A DNA stretch of 63,512 bases, the filler included, from Octopus bimaculoides (Eukaryota), in NCBI RefSeq assembly GCF_001194135.2. It is 5 parts of 5 records of this genome, joined end to end, with 100 filler letters (N's around TTAATTAATTAA, not from the genome) between each part and the next. Parts side by side here need not be neighbours in the genome. Positions count along the whole stretch, not along the records: positions 10,290 to 39,465 come from NC_068988.1; 4 more parts are not named here. One strand, 5' to 3'. Made by a program: the position numbers and the translations under genes. Shown here piece by piece: positions 11,304-24,073 of this stretch. Every line of letters starts with the position of its first letter. Position 1 is the first letter of the stretch. The notes beneath the pieces were generated by a model that saw only the letters and a list, made by a program, of their open reading frames with translations, was not told the DNA's origin and ran no database searches.

Positions 11304-13205
11304 AAAAAATGTAATGAACTTTGTGACAACTCATTAAGTTATGTTTGTTACAATCATGGCTACGATGTGTATTACATAGATGAATGTTACAATGTATGTT
11401 ACATGCTAAATTCTTTAATACAATCATGTTTATGCCATGCTATATCTGATAATTGCACCTAATGCTATGAGCTGACGAGGGAGCTTCTACTCGATTACAC
11501 AACTTGCAAGAAGTAGCAGCCAAATCTCCTTTAAATCACGATATTTTAAAGATATTTTTAAAATGACATGATTGCCATGGCTAGATTAACTTTAATTATA
11601 GTTAGGTCGATCATGGCTGACTTGAAGCTAAAGAACAACATCTTATGTTACAATGCATAAAGTGAAGTATCTTATAACCTATTCTGACATAAGTAACCAG
11701 TTTATATGACAAATCGTGCCACAATATTGGTTTCAAATTTTGGCACAAGGCCAGCAGTTTTGGGGAGGAGCTAAGTCTATTAAATCAATCCCAGTGTTCA
11801 ACTGATAATTATTTTATCGACCCCAGTGTTCAACTGGTACTTATTTTATCAACCCCGAACGGATGAAAAGCAAGGTTGATCCCGGCGGAACTTGAATTCT
11901 GAACACAAAGACTAGTGAAATGCCGCTAAGTATTTTGTTCGGTGTGCTAACGATTCTGCCAGCTCGCCACCTTGACTTTATAGGTAATATTAAAATCAAT
12001 GATAGATACACCCGATGGTACATTCGATGTTACACTCCATGATGTGATACAGACCAATAAGCTGGCAGAATTATTAGAGCGTCGGACAAAATGCTCAGTG
12101 GTTTGCTTCCAGCTCTGAATTCAAATTCTGCTGATGTGAACTATACCTTTCATCATTTCAGGGTCGATAAAACAGAGTATCAGTTAAGCAATGGGGTATA
12201 TTTAATCCACTTGTCCAACTCCACAGAATTTCAGGCCTAGTGCCTATATTAGAACCTAAGCCGGCGGGACCGGCAAAATCGTTAGCGATTCAGACAAAAT
12301 GCTCAACGGTATTTTTTCCGGCGTTTTATATTCCAAGCTCAAATTCCACTGAGGCTGACTTTTCTTTCATTGTTTCGGGGGTCGATAAAATAAAGTAACA
12401 GCCAAGGACTGGGGTTGATGTAATCGACTATTTCACTCCCTTAAAATTGCTGGCCTTATGCCAAAGTTTAAGACTCATATTTCTGCGCATAATTGCTGCC
12501 TGAATTACACTCACCATTCTTTGAGTCACGTCATAACAAAATGAGACGGTTTGACACAGCCGACTAAACTTTCAGCCTGTTTTGACGGCTGTGCTTTTTG
12601 ACGCTGGAGGCACACGCGCACGCTCAGAAATGTACACATACAGATAGAAAGAATGAGAGAGCAAAAGAAAGAAGGAAAGAAAGAAAGGCATCACAATTTA
12701 TTAATTGAACACGATTTACATAAACAGTTCCCCTCTCCTCATTAACATCAATGAAAATTCGCTCAGGTATATAAACAGAGAGCGGGTAAGAGGAAAGAAA
12801 GGTGGGATGGAACGAGAAACACATTAAAACGTCTGATGACAAATAAGTTAGCATCGAGCCCGCAGCGCCAAAAAAGGCGGCGACAAAACGGCTGTGCAAA
12901 AATGTCTCATATCACGTTATAACTTATATCTTGTCCCTGCATTAGAGATCGTCTTACAACTCTTGTTACAGCTCATAATACACTGTATGTTACAGCCGAC
13001 TATAGCAGGCCATGATTAGATTATGTAACATGATAAAAACTATACTTATATAGCACGTATTAAAACATATATGACATCTTAAACTAACGCTACAGCATGA
13101 CCAATGTTCCATCGTATTTAGTCATAGAATTATCAAAGTCATAACTCTGTTACTATATGTTACAGCATACATCACAGGCTATGTAACTGCTACTTTCTGT
13201 TGCAG

Positions 13206-13260
13206 AATTTGTAACAGAATGTCGCCAAACTTGCGAAATGGTTCAAGAAAAACTTTCTGA
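13206..13260 (+). CDS. SPTLC1: SPTLC1 internal exon: (E)FVTECRQTCEMVQEKLS(D)
   Basis: Acceptor tactttctgttgcag|, donor GA|gtaagt, 55 nt (phase 1 to 2). The phases join both flanking exons in frame. Positionally matches human GIFAVLKEKCGQIHKALQG. Confidence 0.8.
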
Positions 13261-13864
13261 GTAAGTTTTCTTATTTATTACTTAATGAACATCACAACTC
13301 ATTAGTCATCACCCATCATCGAGGACATTCACTATATGCTCGCTTAAAAGACAAAAAAAGATTGTAGACAGTGAAAATACGTCACGCGTAAGAGGCACAG
13401 AGGAGTGGATGGGAACCTACGTGTATCACTTGCTAGAAATAGCAGCCAAGTTCCCTCAAATCACACTTTGCAGCCTTAAATGGAAGGATACAAAACGACC
13501 GGATAGTCACAGCTGAGACACCTTTGACAATAAGGTCTGCTCGATTAGGGCTGACATTGGGTTAAACAACTTCAATAACGACGACGGCAACAAAGCTATG
13601 CATTACAATACTGCTCATACATCATGAACGGTGAATTTAACATACACACACACACACACACACTCACACACACACACTCACACACACTCACTCACACACA
13701 CATGCGTACATTCATATGAAACATGCAGGTACAAATGCTCCTTGGGATATTATATGCAAAAGAATAACAACGACGACCAGACAGACAAAATTATAGTCAC
13801 GTTTAGAATTCGCAATACGTTGTCATCGTCGTCCTCCACGTCTGCAAATGGATGACTCAATTCA

Positions 13865-14350
13865 CTTTACGCCAACATTATAAATTTGACGATTTGAAGG
13901 GAGCTATCCGAGTGGAAGTCGCGATTCGGAAGTCGAGCAGAGCGATTCGGACTCTGTATCAAAGCTTGTCTGACGCGTTCCGCATTTTCCGGGGTCTGTG
14001 CCGTTCATGGCGCCCCGAACAGTCTCCTACTCATTAGTGTACCTCGTGTACAAAGTGCATTCACCCAACGTAAGATTGTGTTACGGGTGGGAACAGCCTG
14101 ATTTCGGTGAATGTTGAAGTGGCGCCGAAACTCACGCTGAACTACTGTGATAGACTTGTTATTCTTCACGTAACTGTCGTTGGCATACACGCGATGCTCT
14201 ATCGTCCACAGCGCCATGACTTCAACTAAAAAGACAAAAAAAAACTGCTAAGACACCACGGACCGGATGGTACCTGTCGGATATATGTCCTTCCCACTGA
14301 GGCTGAATAATAGCTATTTCAAAAACGTTCGGACTCTCTGCCCCACTCTG
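13865..14350 (-). mobile_element. Tc1/mariner fragment with a DUF4817-like HTH N-terminus
   Basis: TIR (ta)cagagtggggcagagagtccgaacg. ORF WTIEHRVY...YVKNNKSITVVQREFRRHFNIHRNQAVPTRNTILRWV. Confidence 0.75.
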
Positions 14351-15895
14351 TATTAAAGACAATGGCTGTCAGCAATGTCCGTGCTAAAATATAANNNNNN
14401 NNNNNNNNNNNNNNNNNNNNNNNNNNNNNNNNNNNNNNNNNNNNNNNNNNNNNNNNNNNNNNNNNNNNNNNNNNNNNNNNNNNNNNNNNNNNNNNNNNNN
14501 NNNNNNNNNNNNNNNNNNNNNNNNNNNNNNNNNNNNNNNNNNNNNNNNNNNNNNNNNNNNNNNNNNNNNNNNNNNNNNNNNNNNNNNNNNNNNNNNNNNN
14601 NNNNNNNNNNNNNNNNNNNNNNNNNNNNNNNNNNNNNNNNNNNNNNNNNNNNNNNNNNNNNNNNNNNNNNNNNNNNNNNNNNNNNNNNNNNNNNNNNNNN
14701 NNNNNNNNNNNNNNNNNNNNNNNNNNNNNNNNNNNNNNNNNNNNNNNNNNNNNNNNNNNNNNNNNNNNNNNNNNNNNNNNNNNNNNNNNNNNNNNNNNNN
14801 NNNNNNNNNNNNNNNNNNNNNNNNNNNNNNNNNNNNNNNNNNNNNNNNNNNNNNNNNNNNNNNNNNNNNNNNNNNNNNNNNNNNNNNNNNNNNNNNNNNN
14901 NNNNNNNNNNNNNNNNNNNNNNNNNNNNNNNNNNNNNNNNNNNNNNNNNNNNNNNNNNNNNNNNNNNNNNNNNNNNNNNNNNNNNNNNNNNNNNNNNNNN
15001 NNNNNNNNNNNNNNNNNNNNNNNNNNNNNNNNNNNNNNNNNNNNNNNNNNNNNNNNNNNNNNNNNNNNNNNNNNNNNNNNNNNNNNNNNNNNNNNNNNNN
15101 NNNNNNNNNNNNNNNNNNNNNNNNNNNNNNNNNNNNNNNNNNNNNNNNNNNNNNNNNNNNNNNNNNNNNNNNNNNNNNNNNNNNNNNNNNNNNNNNNNNN
15201 NNNNNNNNNNNNNNNNNNNNNNNNNNNNNNNNNNNNNNNNNNNNNNNNNNNNNNNNNNNNNNNNNNTATATATATATATATATGATGGCTGCAAACTCGT
15301 GTTCGAGTATTGTCATCGCCTGATCGAAAGTCCCGTACATGCGAAAGCTACGACCAGCCATTTTTGTGATGGGTCTTACTTCTTTTTCAAGCGATGCCTA
15401 TGCATGATCATTTTTTTATTGTGGGGAAAGGATTTGCACATATCCAATCGCACTCTCTCAACATGGACAACATAAACTCGAAAAGCAGAACTAACTAGTC
15501 TACATCATTGAATATTGTCAGTGTCGCATGTTTTCTCTCAGAGTTTCCCCTCTCCTAGAGAGATGTTGTCACAACAACAGAGGGGCCTCCCACTCATAGT
15601 GGACCAACTGCGCGCCTGGACACCAACCTAGGTTTTTCCACGTCCCCCCGCACTCACATACATGCATATATACACATGTACACATATTGTTGGATGGCAA
15701 TTGACTGTTCATGAGTTCCTCTGCCGTTTAACAGGTCTTATTTTTCGTCCTGCAAGGTGTACACTCGCACACATCACACACACACACATTCATGTATGTA
15801 TGAAAGAATTTTGAAGGGCGAATAAAGTATGCGAGTATTTGTTCGTCAGAATGTATATATATATATATCTATAATGCATGTTTGTCTATTTTTAG

Positions 15896-16013
15896 TATTG
15901 ATGGTTTGAGACTAGGCGGTTTACCAATATCTCCTGTGAAACATCTCTACCTCTCCAAATCTTCAGGTGACAGACGGACAGACTATGATCTTTTACAACG
16001 GATTGTCGTATTT
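15896..16013 (+). CDS. SPTLC1: SPTLC1 internal exon: IDGLRLGGLPISPVKHLYLSKSSGDRRTDYDLLQRIVVF
   Basis: Acceptor tttgtctatttttag|, donor TTT|gtaagt, 118 nt (phase 2 to 0). Aligns with human [39 protein letters not shown]. Confidence 0.88.
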
Positions 16014-16267
16014 GTAAGTATGGAGGTCTCCTTGATTATTTTTGTTTACTATGAGGAAGACAGGAGATGTGATGTTCGGCCGCTAAGGCTCCTCTCATCA
16101 AAAAAAGTCTTCTTTGCGGTCCCTAGGATTCCATTTAAACTTACCGTTTGCCGACACAGGACCATTCCTAGTTTTTTCGGTTTCTATAGTTTCACGTTGG
16201 TTTTTTTTTTTTAGTTGACCACCTCAAACATAAATCTATCACCCCCACCCCACCCCCGCTAATATTA

Positions 16268-16485
16268 GTTTCAAATTTTGGCACAAGACCAGCAGGTTCG
16301 AGGGCGGAGATAAGTCGATCACATCGAATCCCAGTCCTCAGCTGCTACTTATTCTATCGAGCCCGAAAGGTTGAAAGGCAAAGTCGACCTCGGCAGAATT
16401 TGAACTCAGAACGTAAAGACGGACGAAATGCCGCTAAGCATTTTTCCGGCGTTCTAACGATTCTGCCAGCTTGCCTTTTTCACTA
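16268..16485 (-). mobile_element. tRNA-derived SINE (family A)
   Basis: Head ggcaagctggcagaatcgttag...ctgagttcaaattctgccgaggtcgac and 12-bp TSD CCGCTAATATTA (16256-67, 16486-97). Related copies lie at about 11735-11975(-), 12055-12470(+), 25400-25590(-), 27470-27860(+), 37750-38100(+), 51250-52270(-), 56994-57285(+) and 62715-62845(-). Confidence 0.85.
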
Positions 16486-16504
16486 CCGCTAATATTAACA
16501 AATG

Positions 16505-16887
16505 TTGTTGGCCCTCCGTCGCTTACGACGACGAGGGTTCCAGTTGATCCGATCAACGGAACAGCCTGCTCATGAAATTAACGTGTAAGTGGCTGAGCGC
16601 TCCACAGACATGTGTACCTTTAACGTAGTTCTCGGGGATATTCAGCGTGGCACAGTGTGACAAGGCTGACCCTTTGAATTACAGGCACAACAGAAACAGG
16701 AAGTAAGAGTGAGAGAAAGTTGTGGTGAAAGAGTACAGCAGGGTTCGCCACCATCCCCTGCCGGAGCCTCGTGGAGCTTTAGGTGTTTTCACTCAATAAA
16801 CACTCACAACGCCCGGTCTGGGAATCGAAACCGCGATCCTATGACCGCGAGTCCGCTGCCCTAACCGCTGGGCCATTGCGCCTCCAC
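16505..16887 (-). mobile_element. Full-length tRNA-derived SINE (family C)
   Basis: Head gtggaggcgcaatggcccagcggttagggcagcggactcgcggtcataggatcgcggtttcgattcccag (A and B boxes), (CAA)n tail, and 14-bp TSD AATATTAACAAATG (16491-16504, 16888-16901). Confidence 0.9.
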
Positions 16888-16940
16888 AATATTAACAAAT
16901 GATAAACTGACAAACCAAACCTATGAGTGAGCCTCTACAT

Positions 16941-17322
16941 CAGTTGTTCCCAACCATTTTTTTTTTCATTTATGGACCCCTTTGATTATTATTTTGCTCT
17001 GATGGACCCCCATCGTCACTCGAAGTTTAAAAACGAGTATTATAAATACTTCTTTCAAAATTCCTGTTTTGTTTTTCACGCATTAACTTGTGTAGGCTGA
17101 ACTACGTGAAACGTTAGAGAAAGAAATCTTGCTGTTCCTTGCTGTAAATACATCTAAATCAAAACTTTATCGTAGACACTTAATATACTACTATGAATCC
17201 CTAATTTAATCTTTTGCATGAATGGACCCTAAAAATCTTATATGGATCCCCAGGAGTCATATGGATCCCCAGGAGTCATATGGATCCCCAGGAGTCATAT
17301 GGATCCCGGTTGTGTACCACTA
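16941..17322 (+). mobile_element. hAT-Charlie-type MITE
   Basis: TIR cagttgttcccaacc / ggttgtgtaccacta and an exact 8-bp TSD CTCTACAT (16933-40, 17323-30). Subterminal 19-bp unit atggatccccaggagtcat x3. Confidence 0.85.
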
Positions 17323-18341
17323 CTCTACATAGTCACCCAACCGGTTAGAAATAACATACAAATCTCTATAAGAAATACACACACACGTGCGCACACCCTA
17401 CTGTCTTAAAAAGGAGACATATTGAATAATTAGTCCTTGATACACCATGTATCAAAACAAGAGATGGTCGTTGGTGGAACGCTTTAAGATATAGATCTAT
17501 ACTGTTTGAGCTGATCTTAGACTAACCAACAGAAGAATAGACTAACGAACCGATGGTAGAACCACTGTATTATCGCTGAACCTGCTAGAAATAGATGCAA
17601 AATCTCCATCAAAATCTCATCCATTGTCTGTAAAAAAGGAATGAAGGACAGATTGGAGCAATATAGTTTTGTATACATCATCTCTGGTAAGAAGGTGAGA
17701 TAGCCACGGTTGGTACTCATTTACAGTTGGGAATTGTAACATCTGGTGGTACCTAGTTATAACTACGGATTCTGTCACCAACTTACAACTAATCGGCTTC
17801 GGTCAATGAGTGTTAAATTGCCTTAGCCATGAACACAATGCAACGCTGGTGACAGGATACGAACTGCCTGCTTTTGATAAACCATTAGCTCAATTATCTG
17901 CTTTTGTTCGGTCATTGAGAGTTAAGTTGACTTGACCACAAATTACAGTGCTGGTGACAGGATGCGAACCGCCTACCTTTGAGCTGGTTGTTTGATAAGC
18001 CAATTGGCTCAATTATCTGCTTCTATGATGAATAATTTACAAGAACAATGTTTTACTAAAAAATCGCTAACTTTTATTCACGAATTCTAAGTTTTTTTTT
18101 TCCCCTCGTATTTTTTTTTTTATTAGAGACTTCCTTTCCTATCTGCAGAATATTTTCATTGACCCATGCAATTCGATATTAGTTCTATTGCTATCCAGTG
18201 ATTTAGTAGTTCCTGTTGTCCGACACCAAATTTTTAGCGTTATTCTAGGTTGGAAAAATCTCACTTCATCTACATTACCAATATGTTGGTAAAAGCATGA
18301 TCACCACATTCGCACTTTTCCTTCAAAGTTAATACAATTAA

Positions 18342-18912
18342 TGGATCTATTTTAAAACGGGGGCCACATTTTTCATTAATGTTTTACGTAGTGTTTTTGG
18401 TACGGAAAGACTTTCAAACTTCGTATACTTATCTATTTTGTGTTATAGAACAGAAAAATATTTTTGTATTCGAATTTATTTCATGTAAAAAATTGTCTTA
18501 TTTCGATAATTTCAACCAATCACTGACAAGTATTCAGTTGTTTACATTTACTCCTTTGGCTGATTAAGCGATGTAAAGCGTATTTAATCTCCATACCTTC
18601 GTTTTATTTGCTTTTTTCATTTTAAATTTGCTTTAACCCTAACCCTAACCATAGGGTTAGGGTTAGGGTTAATTGTTTCAGAATCGTTTGTTTATGTAGT
18701 CGGCACTTAATGTATATCGGTTGAATGGACGTCAGTGATTGGTTGAAATTACAGAAATACGACAACTTTAACATGGAATAACTTATGGATTTCTTTTTTT
18801 TTTAAGAAGACTAAGAGAAAAAGATGTTTTATATGACACATTCTACCAGTGTTCCAAGTTTCAAAGTGTTTCGTTAATGAAAAATGTGGCCCCCGTTTTA
18901 AAAAAGATCCCA
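18342..18912. mobile_element. MITE with ~35-bp TIRs and an internal head-to-head telomeric repeat
   Basis: ggatct..ttttaaaacgggggccacatttttcattaa / ttaatgaaaaatgtggcccccgttttaaaaaagatcc. (TAACCC)n-(TTAGGG)n at 18633-18672. Partial second copy at about 39154-39385. Confidence 0.8.
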
Positions 18913-19695
18913 ATTAATTACTGCACGCTGATAAATATCGCGATATAATAAATGATCCTCTACCTGGTTGTTCGACATACTAGAAATAACAGCCAAATCA
19001 TCATCAGCTCACACCCAAGCGATTTCAGAAAAGACAGACTGCATAATCTTCGTTGTTCTGGACATACAAAACGGTGGGATGACCATCGAACATCTTTGAT
19101 CATTAGTTTGCTCCACAAGGGGATAAACAGCAAAGTGCCACCCGTTATGAATATTAGCAGAAGATCCAAGCTTTCATAGATTGAAGAATACGTATTGTAG
19201 CAGTGGGCTCCTGTAAAATTAAGTCACTGAAGCAGTTTCGATTTCCAGGCAAAGCTATTTAACAATTTGTGTGGGAATTTTTTTCCAAAGATGCATGAAC
19301 AAAATTACCTGTTTCTCATCACTCGTTGATGGATACTAAGAGCCAATACCTACATGATTACAATTCAAGAGGAAGTTTAACTGCGTCGATCTTACCATTC
19401 TCGGTTGGTTTGCGACGACAATGAATAAAATCCCTTCCGCTTTAACAACTGAAAAAAAAAGCAGCCTATAAACGATAATTCCTTCACTGTATATGCGTGA
19501 ATTAAGAACCTTCTGCAACAACCTCAAATAGATCAGAACCTTGTGAGTGGTAGATGGACACCGTTCTCTGAACTGTATTATAATACTTAACTTGACATCG
19601 ATGCGATCTCGTTTCAGTCGTCTTTGACTAATGAGTGAAATTTCATTTTTGTGATGAAAACTCAATAACAGAAATAATAGAAAATTTAAGTGTGT

Positions 19696-19753
19696 CCAAT
19701 GAGCTGGCGTTAAGATGTGATCAACCAATCAGCGGTCTATGGTTGCCTATATA
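19696..19753 (+). promoter_or_regulatory. Candidate actin promoter: two CCAAT boxes and a TATA box
   Basis: CCAATGA at 19696, CCAATCA at 19725 and TATATA at 19748-19753 (CCTATATAGT, one mismatch from a CArG box), about 150 nt upstream of the ATG. Confidence 0.55.
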
Positions 19754-19901
19754 GTGTCTGCAGTTTCTAACAAGCAACTAGATAGTTTTGTATATTTTTC
19801 AGCAAGTGTAGGGCGATTCCAACTCGTGATACAAACACTTAGGACGGGATCAAACCGTAACAGAAATTTTCAACTGTGTTTAAGTCAGATCAAACATTTT
19901 A

Positions 19902-21032
19902 ATGTGTAACGACGATTTTGCCGCTTTGGTTGTTGACAATGGATCAGGTATTTCCAAAGCTGGATTTGCAGGAAATGATTCGCCTAGTGCTGTATTTTCC
20001 TCCATCGTTGGTAGACCAAGACATCAAAGTACCATGGTCGGTATGGCTCACAAAGACTTTTACGTTGGAAACGAAGCCCAGAACAAAAGAGGCATCCTTT
20101 CTTTGAAATACCCCATTGAGCATGGTATTGTTACCAACTGGGATGATATGGAGAAAATCTGGGAATATACCTTCTACAATGAGCTCCATGTTTCTCCCGA
20201 AGACCATCCTATTCTCCTCACAGAATCCCCTCTTAATCCTAAAGTCAACAGAGAAAAGATGACAGCGATCATGTTCGAGACCTTCAACGCTCCTGCAATG
20301 TATGTTGCAATTCAATCTGTGTTGTCTCTGTATGCTTCTGGTCGGACCCTAGGTACTGTTATTGACTCAGGCGATGGAGTCACGCACACGGTTCCCATCT
20401 ATGAAGGTTATGGCCTTCCCCATGCTATGCACCGTTTGAATTTGGCTGGCCATGATCTTAATGATTACCTCCAAATGATAATTACTGAGCGTGGTTACTC
20501 ATTCACCACATCTGCCGAGAGAGAAATTGTTCGTGATGTCAAGGAGAAATTATGTTATGTTGCAGCTGACTTCGAAGAGGAGCTGGTTGCTGCTGCCTCT
20601 TTCTCTTCCCGTGAAAATATCTACGAATTACCTGATGGTCAAATTATCACCATTGGTAATGAAAGGTTTAGGTGTCCAGAATCTCTATTTCAACCTTCCT
20701 TTCTGAGTATGGAATCCGATGGCATCCATGAGATCACATACGATTCCATTATGAAATGCGATGTTGATATCAGGAAAGATTTGTTCGCCAACATTGTCTT
20801 GTCTGGAGGTACCACTATGTTTCCGGGCATTGCCGAAAGAATGCATAAAGAAATCACTTCCTTGGCTCTTGGAAACACGAAAGTCAAAATTGTTGCTCCC
20901 CCAGCACGAAAATATTCCGCCTGGATAGGCGGCTCTATCTTAGCTTCCTTCTCTTCTTTCCAGCGAATGTGTATTGACAAGGAAGAATATGTTGATTCTG
21001 GACCGTCTATTGTCCACCGCAAATGTTTCTAG
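19902..21032 (+). CDS. ACT: Intronless divergent actin, 376 aa (retrogene-like), nested in an SPTLC1 intron
   Basis: Full-length uninterrupted ORF with actin motifs [36 protein letters not shown] and the terminal IVHRKCF. It has many substitutions relative to canonical actin but no stops or frameshifts. Confidence 0.95.
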   Translation: MCNDDFAALVVDNGSGISKAGFAGNDSPSAVFSSIVGRPRHQSTMVGMAHKDFYVGNEAQNKRGILSLKYPIEHGIVTNWDDMEKIWEYTFYNELHVSPEDHPILLTESPLNPKVNREKMTAIMFETFNAPAMYVAIQSVLSLYASGRTLGTVIDSGDGVTHTVPIYEGYGLPHAMHRLNLAGHDLNDYLQMIITERGYSFTTSAEREIVRDVKEKLCYVAADFEEELVAAASFSSRENIYELPDGQIITIGNERFRCPESLFQPSFLSMESDGIHEITYDSIMKCDVDIRKDLFANIVLSGGTTMFPGIAERMHKEITSLALGNTKVKIVAPPARKYSAWIGGSILASFSSFQRMCIDKEEYVDSGPSIVHRKCF

Positions 21033-21142
21033 GAAGTTTTTCTTTTTAGCCCTTTGCAACAACAAAATCGCAGAGTAAAATTTGAAAAGTATGGATTTCA
21101 TTGATTGCATGCTTTGTTGCCATAGACACAATAACAAAGCTC

Positions 21143-21193
<51 letters not shown>

Positions 21194-22793
21194 GTGTAAT
21201 CATTTTATATCAGAAAAAAGACTGGTTAGTAATTTCGGAAAGCAACTCTAAATGTACAAGAATAAGTTGGTAACATGGAACATATATCTGGTACGAAGGT
21301 TGTATGTCTCTTGAAAACTAGACTAAGTTAAAAATTTGGAAAAATTATTTTTAAATGACTTAATTTGTACTTTACGAAAAAGGACTATAAACGCATAGCA
21401 ACCAAGATAATGAAAATTAATTGTAAAACCACTGTTAATTGAAAAACCAACAGAAACACTGAATACTTGAACTCCACTATATTGGTGATTTTGATTTAGT
21501 TTAATTGTAAAACAGAAAGAATTTGCGCTGTAACGCAAATTTGATTGCAGCGAGGTTTCATGACACCTAGTGAAATGTCACAACAATTTAATCGTCTTTT
21601 TTTTAGTCCATCTGGCCTTTTAGGTACATTTAGAGGGTAGCAACTTTTGCAAACATTCCGACTAAGACTCTGGACGGATAATTCTCCTTCCAAAGTCCAA
21701 CGAAATTTCAAAAGGTTTATAGACAATATTGAATGTGTATTTTTTAAATGCGTAGCTTAAGTCAACTATAGACAGTTTCCCCTCCTCGAAACTTTTAATG
21801 TGTTTACGCTTTTCAGTTGTACACTTTTGGGTTTGTTATATAAACTTATAAAAGGGCAACAAACTCCAGGATTACCCTTGGAGGTACAAATTTAAGCTAC
21901 GCTACTGTAATTATATGTGCGTGGCCTCCTTCGGTTCTGAGTCACTACGGTTTTTCTGAGCTTTGGAATTTCTTTCCAAGGCGCTATTCTGAGCAAGGTA
22001 TTTCTCAAAAAGGACAAGTAGTTGCCCCAGCATGGAAGTGTTCCCTCCCCCATTGAACCGACGAAGTGCAATGGAAAAGCAAGGCCGATAAAGTTTGACA
22101 CTTGCATCGTCACAAGAATTGTCTTCAAAACGAAAAGCTACGGTATGGCATCTTGTCCAACGTCCTAACAGTGCTACCAATACATCACCTTCGATAGGTA
22201 CATTTTTATCGATCCCTGAAAGACAAAATTGGTTTCGGTGGGATTTGAAATCTGAGCGCACAGAACCTAAAGAAATATCGCGAGGCATTCTATCTGATGC
22301 TCTGACGATTCAACCAATTCTGATATACACTCATGCACACACACGCACATCAGTGTATGTGTGTCCCCATCCGTTTAGAGTTAACTGTCACCTGTGCACC
22401 TACTAGTGAAATTCGGAGTAGCAAGTGACTGACTCGATCAAAATTAAAAAAAATATATATAACACATCCAAATAAATTCTCTGTTGCAGCGATATTAATG
22501 AGTGAATTTTTAAGATATTTTATCGTAGATTTTTTTTTTCTTTTATACGGTTGGCCGTGAGCATTTCACGTAGAAAAAATAATAAATTTTATTCCGGCCA
22601 CAAGGGCCAAACAGAGGGGACAATACAAAAGTGAATACAGGGTCGGGGAGCGAATGCAATAACAAAGATGAAATTTTTTTTTAAAAAAAGGAGAAAGAAA
22701 TCGGGTCTTTTTCATTTTAATCACTCCATTGATGCTTGTTTTAGTGTTTTCTTTGAACGTATTGGTTTAATTCTGCTAATTAATACAAGAAAG

Positions 22794-22843
<50 letters not shown>

Positions 22844-23999
22844 AAACAGTTAATTCAGGTTTCAGATTCGAGAGGAAGTAGTTTTAAACCAAAGAAATGC
22901 GTTGGAATGCATTCGGATAACCTCAGTTTCTAATTAAGAGTACTTAGGGAGATTCTAAGGGTCATTTATCAAGTTACGTATTATGTATGTATTATAGTGT
23001 GTGGAATAATTAACAGTCGACAACTGAGGAGGGGTTAGACTTCTTGTGGTATTTTGTCCCGTACTTGTCTCTCATGTGTTTACATGTTATTCACTTGTTG
23101 GTGATGTGTCCTATACTTGATGTATTTTATTATTATCACTATTATTAAAGGCAGCTGATGAAGAATTAATCCAAGTGGCTATTTGTTTTTCTATGTGTTC
23201 GTTCCGNNNNNNNNNNCACAGGGAGCAGTCATGGCTCTGCGAGTAAGAGTCTTATTTGCGACCATTTGATTTCGGTTTCAATCCCATTACACGGCACATG
23301 GGAAGCCCTGAGCCGACCAATGTCTTATGATGAATTTTGTGAGCAGAAACTATATGCGTGTGTAGTGTTATACACAGCCACGCCTCAAGAAAGTAAATCA
23401 GTTGCCGCATACCGAAATAGTTTGTTTACGCCTCCGTAATTTAATGGTTTGACAAGAGTGATCAATAGAATAAGTACCAGGCTTTAAAAAAAATCCTGAT
23501 ATCAATTTGTTCGACTAAAAACCCTTCTAGGCGGTGCCTCGTCATGTCTACCACTCCCGTAAGGCGAGCTGATACAAGTTTTCTCGCTTGTCTAACACTT
23601 CCAGGTATTTTAACACCAGGCGAATTGATGAGAATATATTCTTACGCCTATAAACCGCAGTCTGCCCACGAACTGGCAAAACGCATACCTAGTGTATGTG
23701 TGTTCGATACTGTTTATAAAATATATATATAAACGTTGGATCGTGTCAAATAATCGAATGTGTGAAATGTTCAATACATGTTGTAGATTATATGGATTAT
23801 CGAGACAATGTTTAACTTGTAACTCGAACTTCGCACGTCAACGATCCTAAGTGGTGTTGACGACTGAAGATTGCAGTAGTCTGAATTGAAACTCCAGTCA
23901 CGAAATAAGCATTTATTTTCAATAACTCCTGTCAACTTACTATGTTCCATTAGTAACCATTCATAACATACTCTAAGAATCTATTTTGTTCTTTTGCAG

Positions 24000-24073
24000 G
24001 CTAAGAACGAAGGTGTAGCACTTGTCGTCACGGAATATCTGAATGACATGGAATGGTATCTTCCAGAGCCAAG
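24000..24073 (+). CDS. SPTLC1: SPTLC1 penultimate exon: AKNEGVALVVTEYLNDMEWYLPEP(S)
   Basis: Acceptor ttttgttcttttgcag|, donor AG|gtgaga, 74 nt (phase 0 to 2). Aligns with human [24 protein letters not shown]. Confidence 0.88.

Noticed and set aside
11468-11500. CTGACGA-GGGAG…CTC hammerhead-like motif
   Set aside because: The required GAAA is GATT and the sequence is part of a common degenerate repeat.
16820-16887. tRNA-like sequences (SINE heads)
   Set aside because: They continue into SINE bodies with TSDs and lack a complete acceptor stem, so they are not tRNA genes.
17238-17307. 19-bp tandem repeat, superficially CRISPR-like
   Set aside because: There are no spacers, it is eukaryotic, and it is a subterminal repeat of a hAT MITE.
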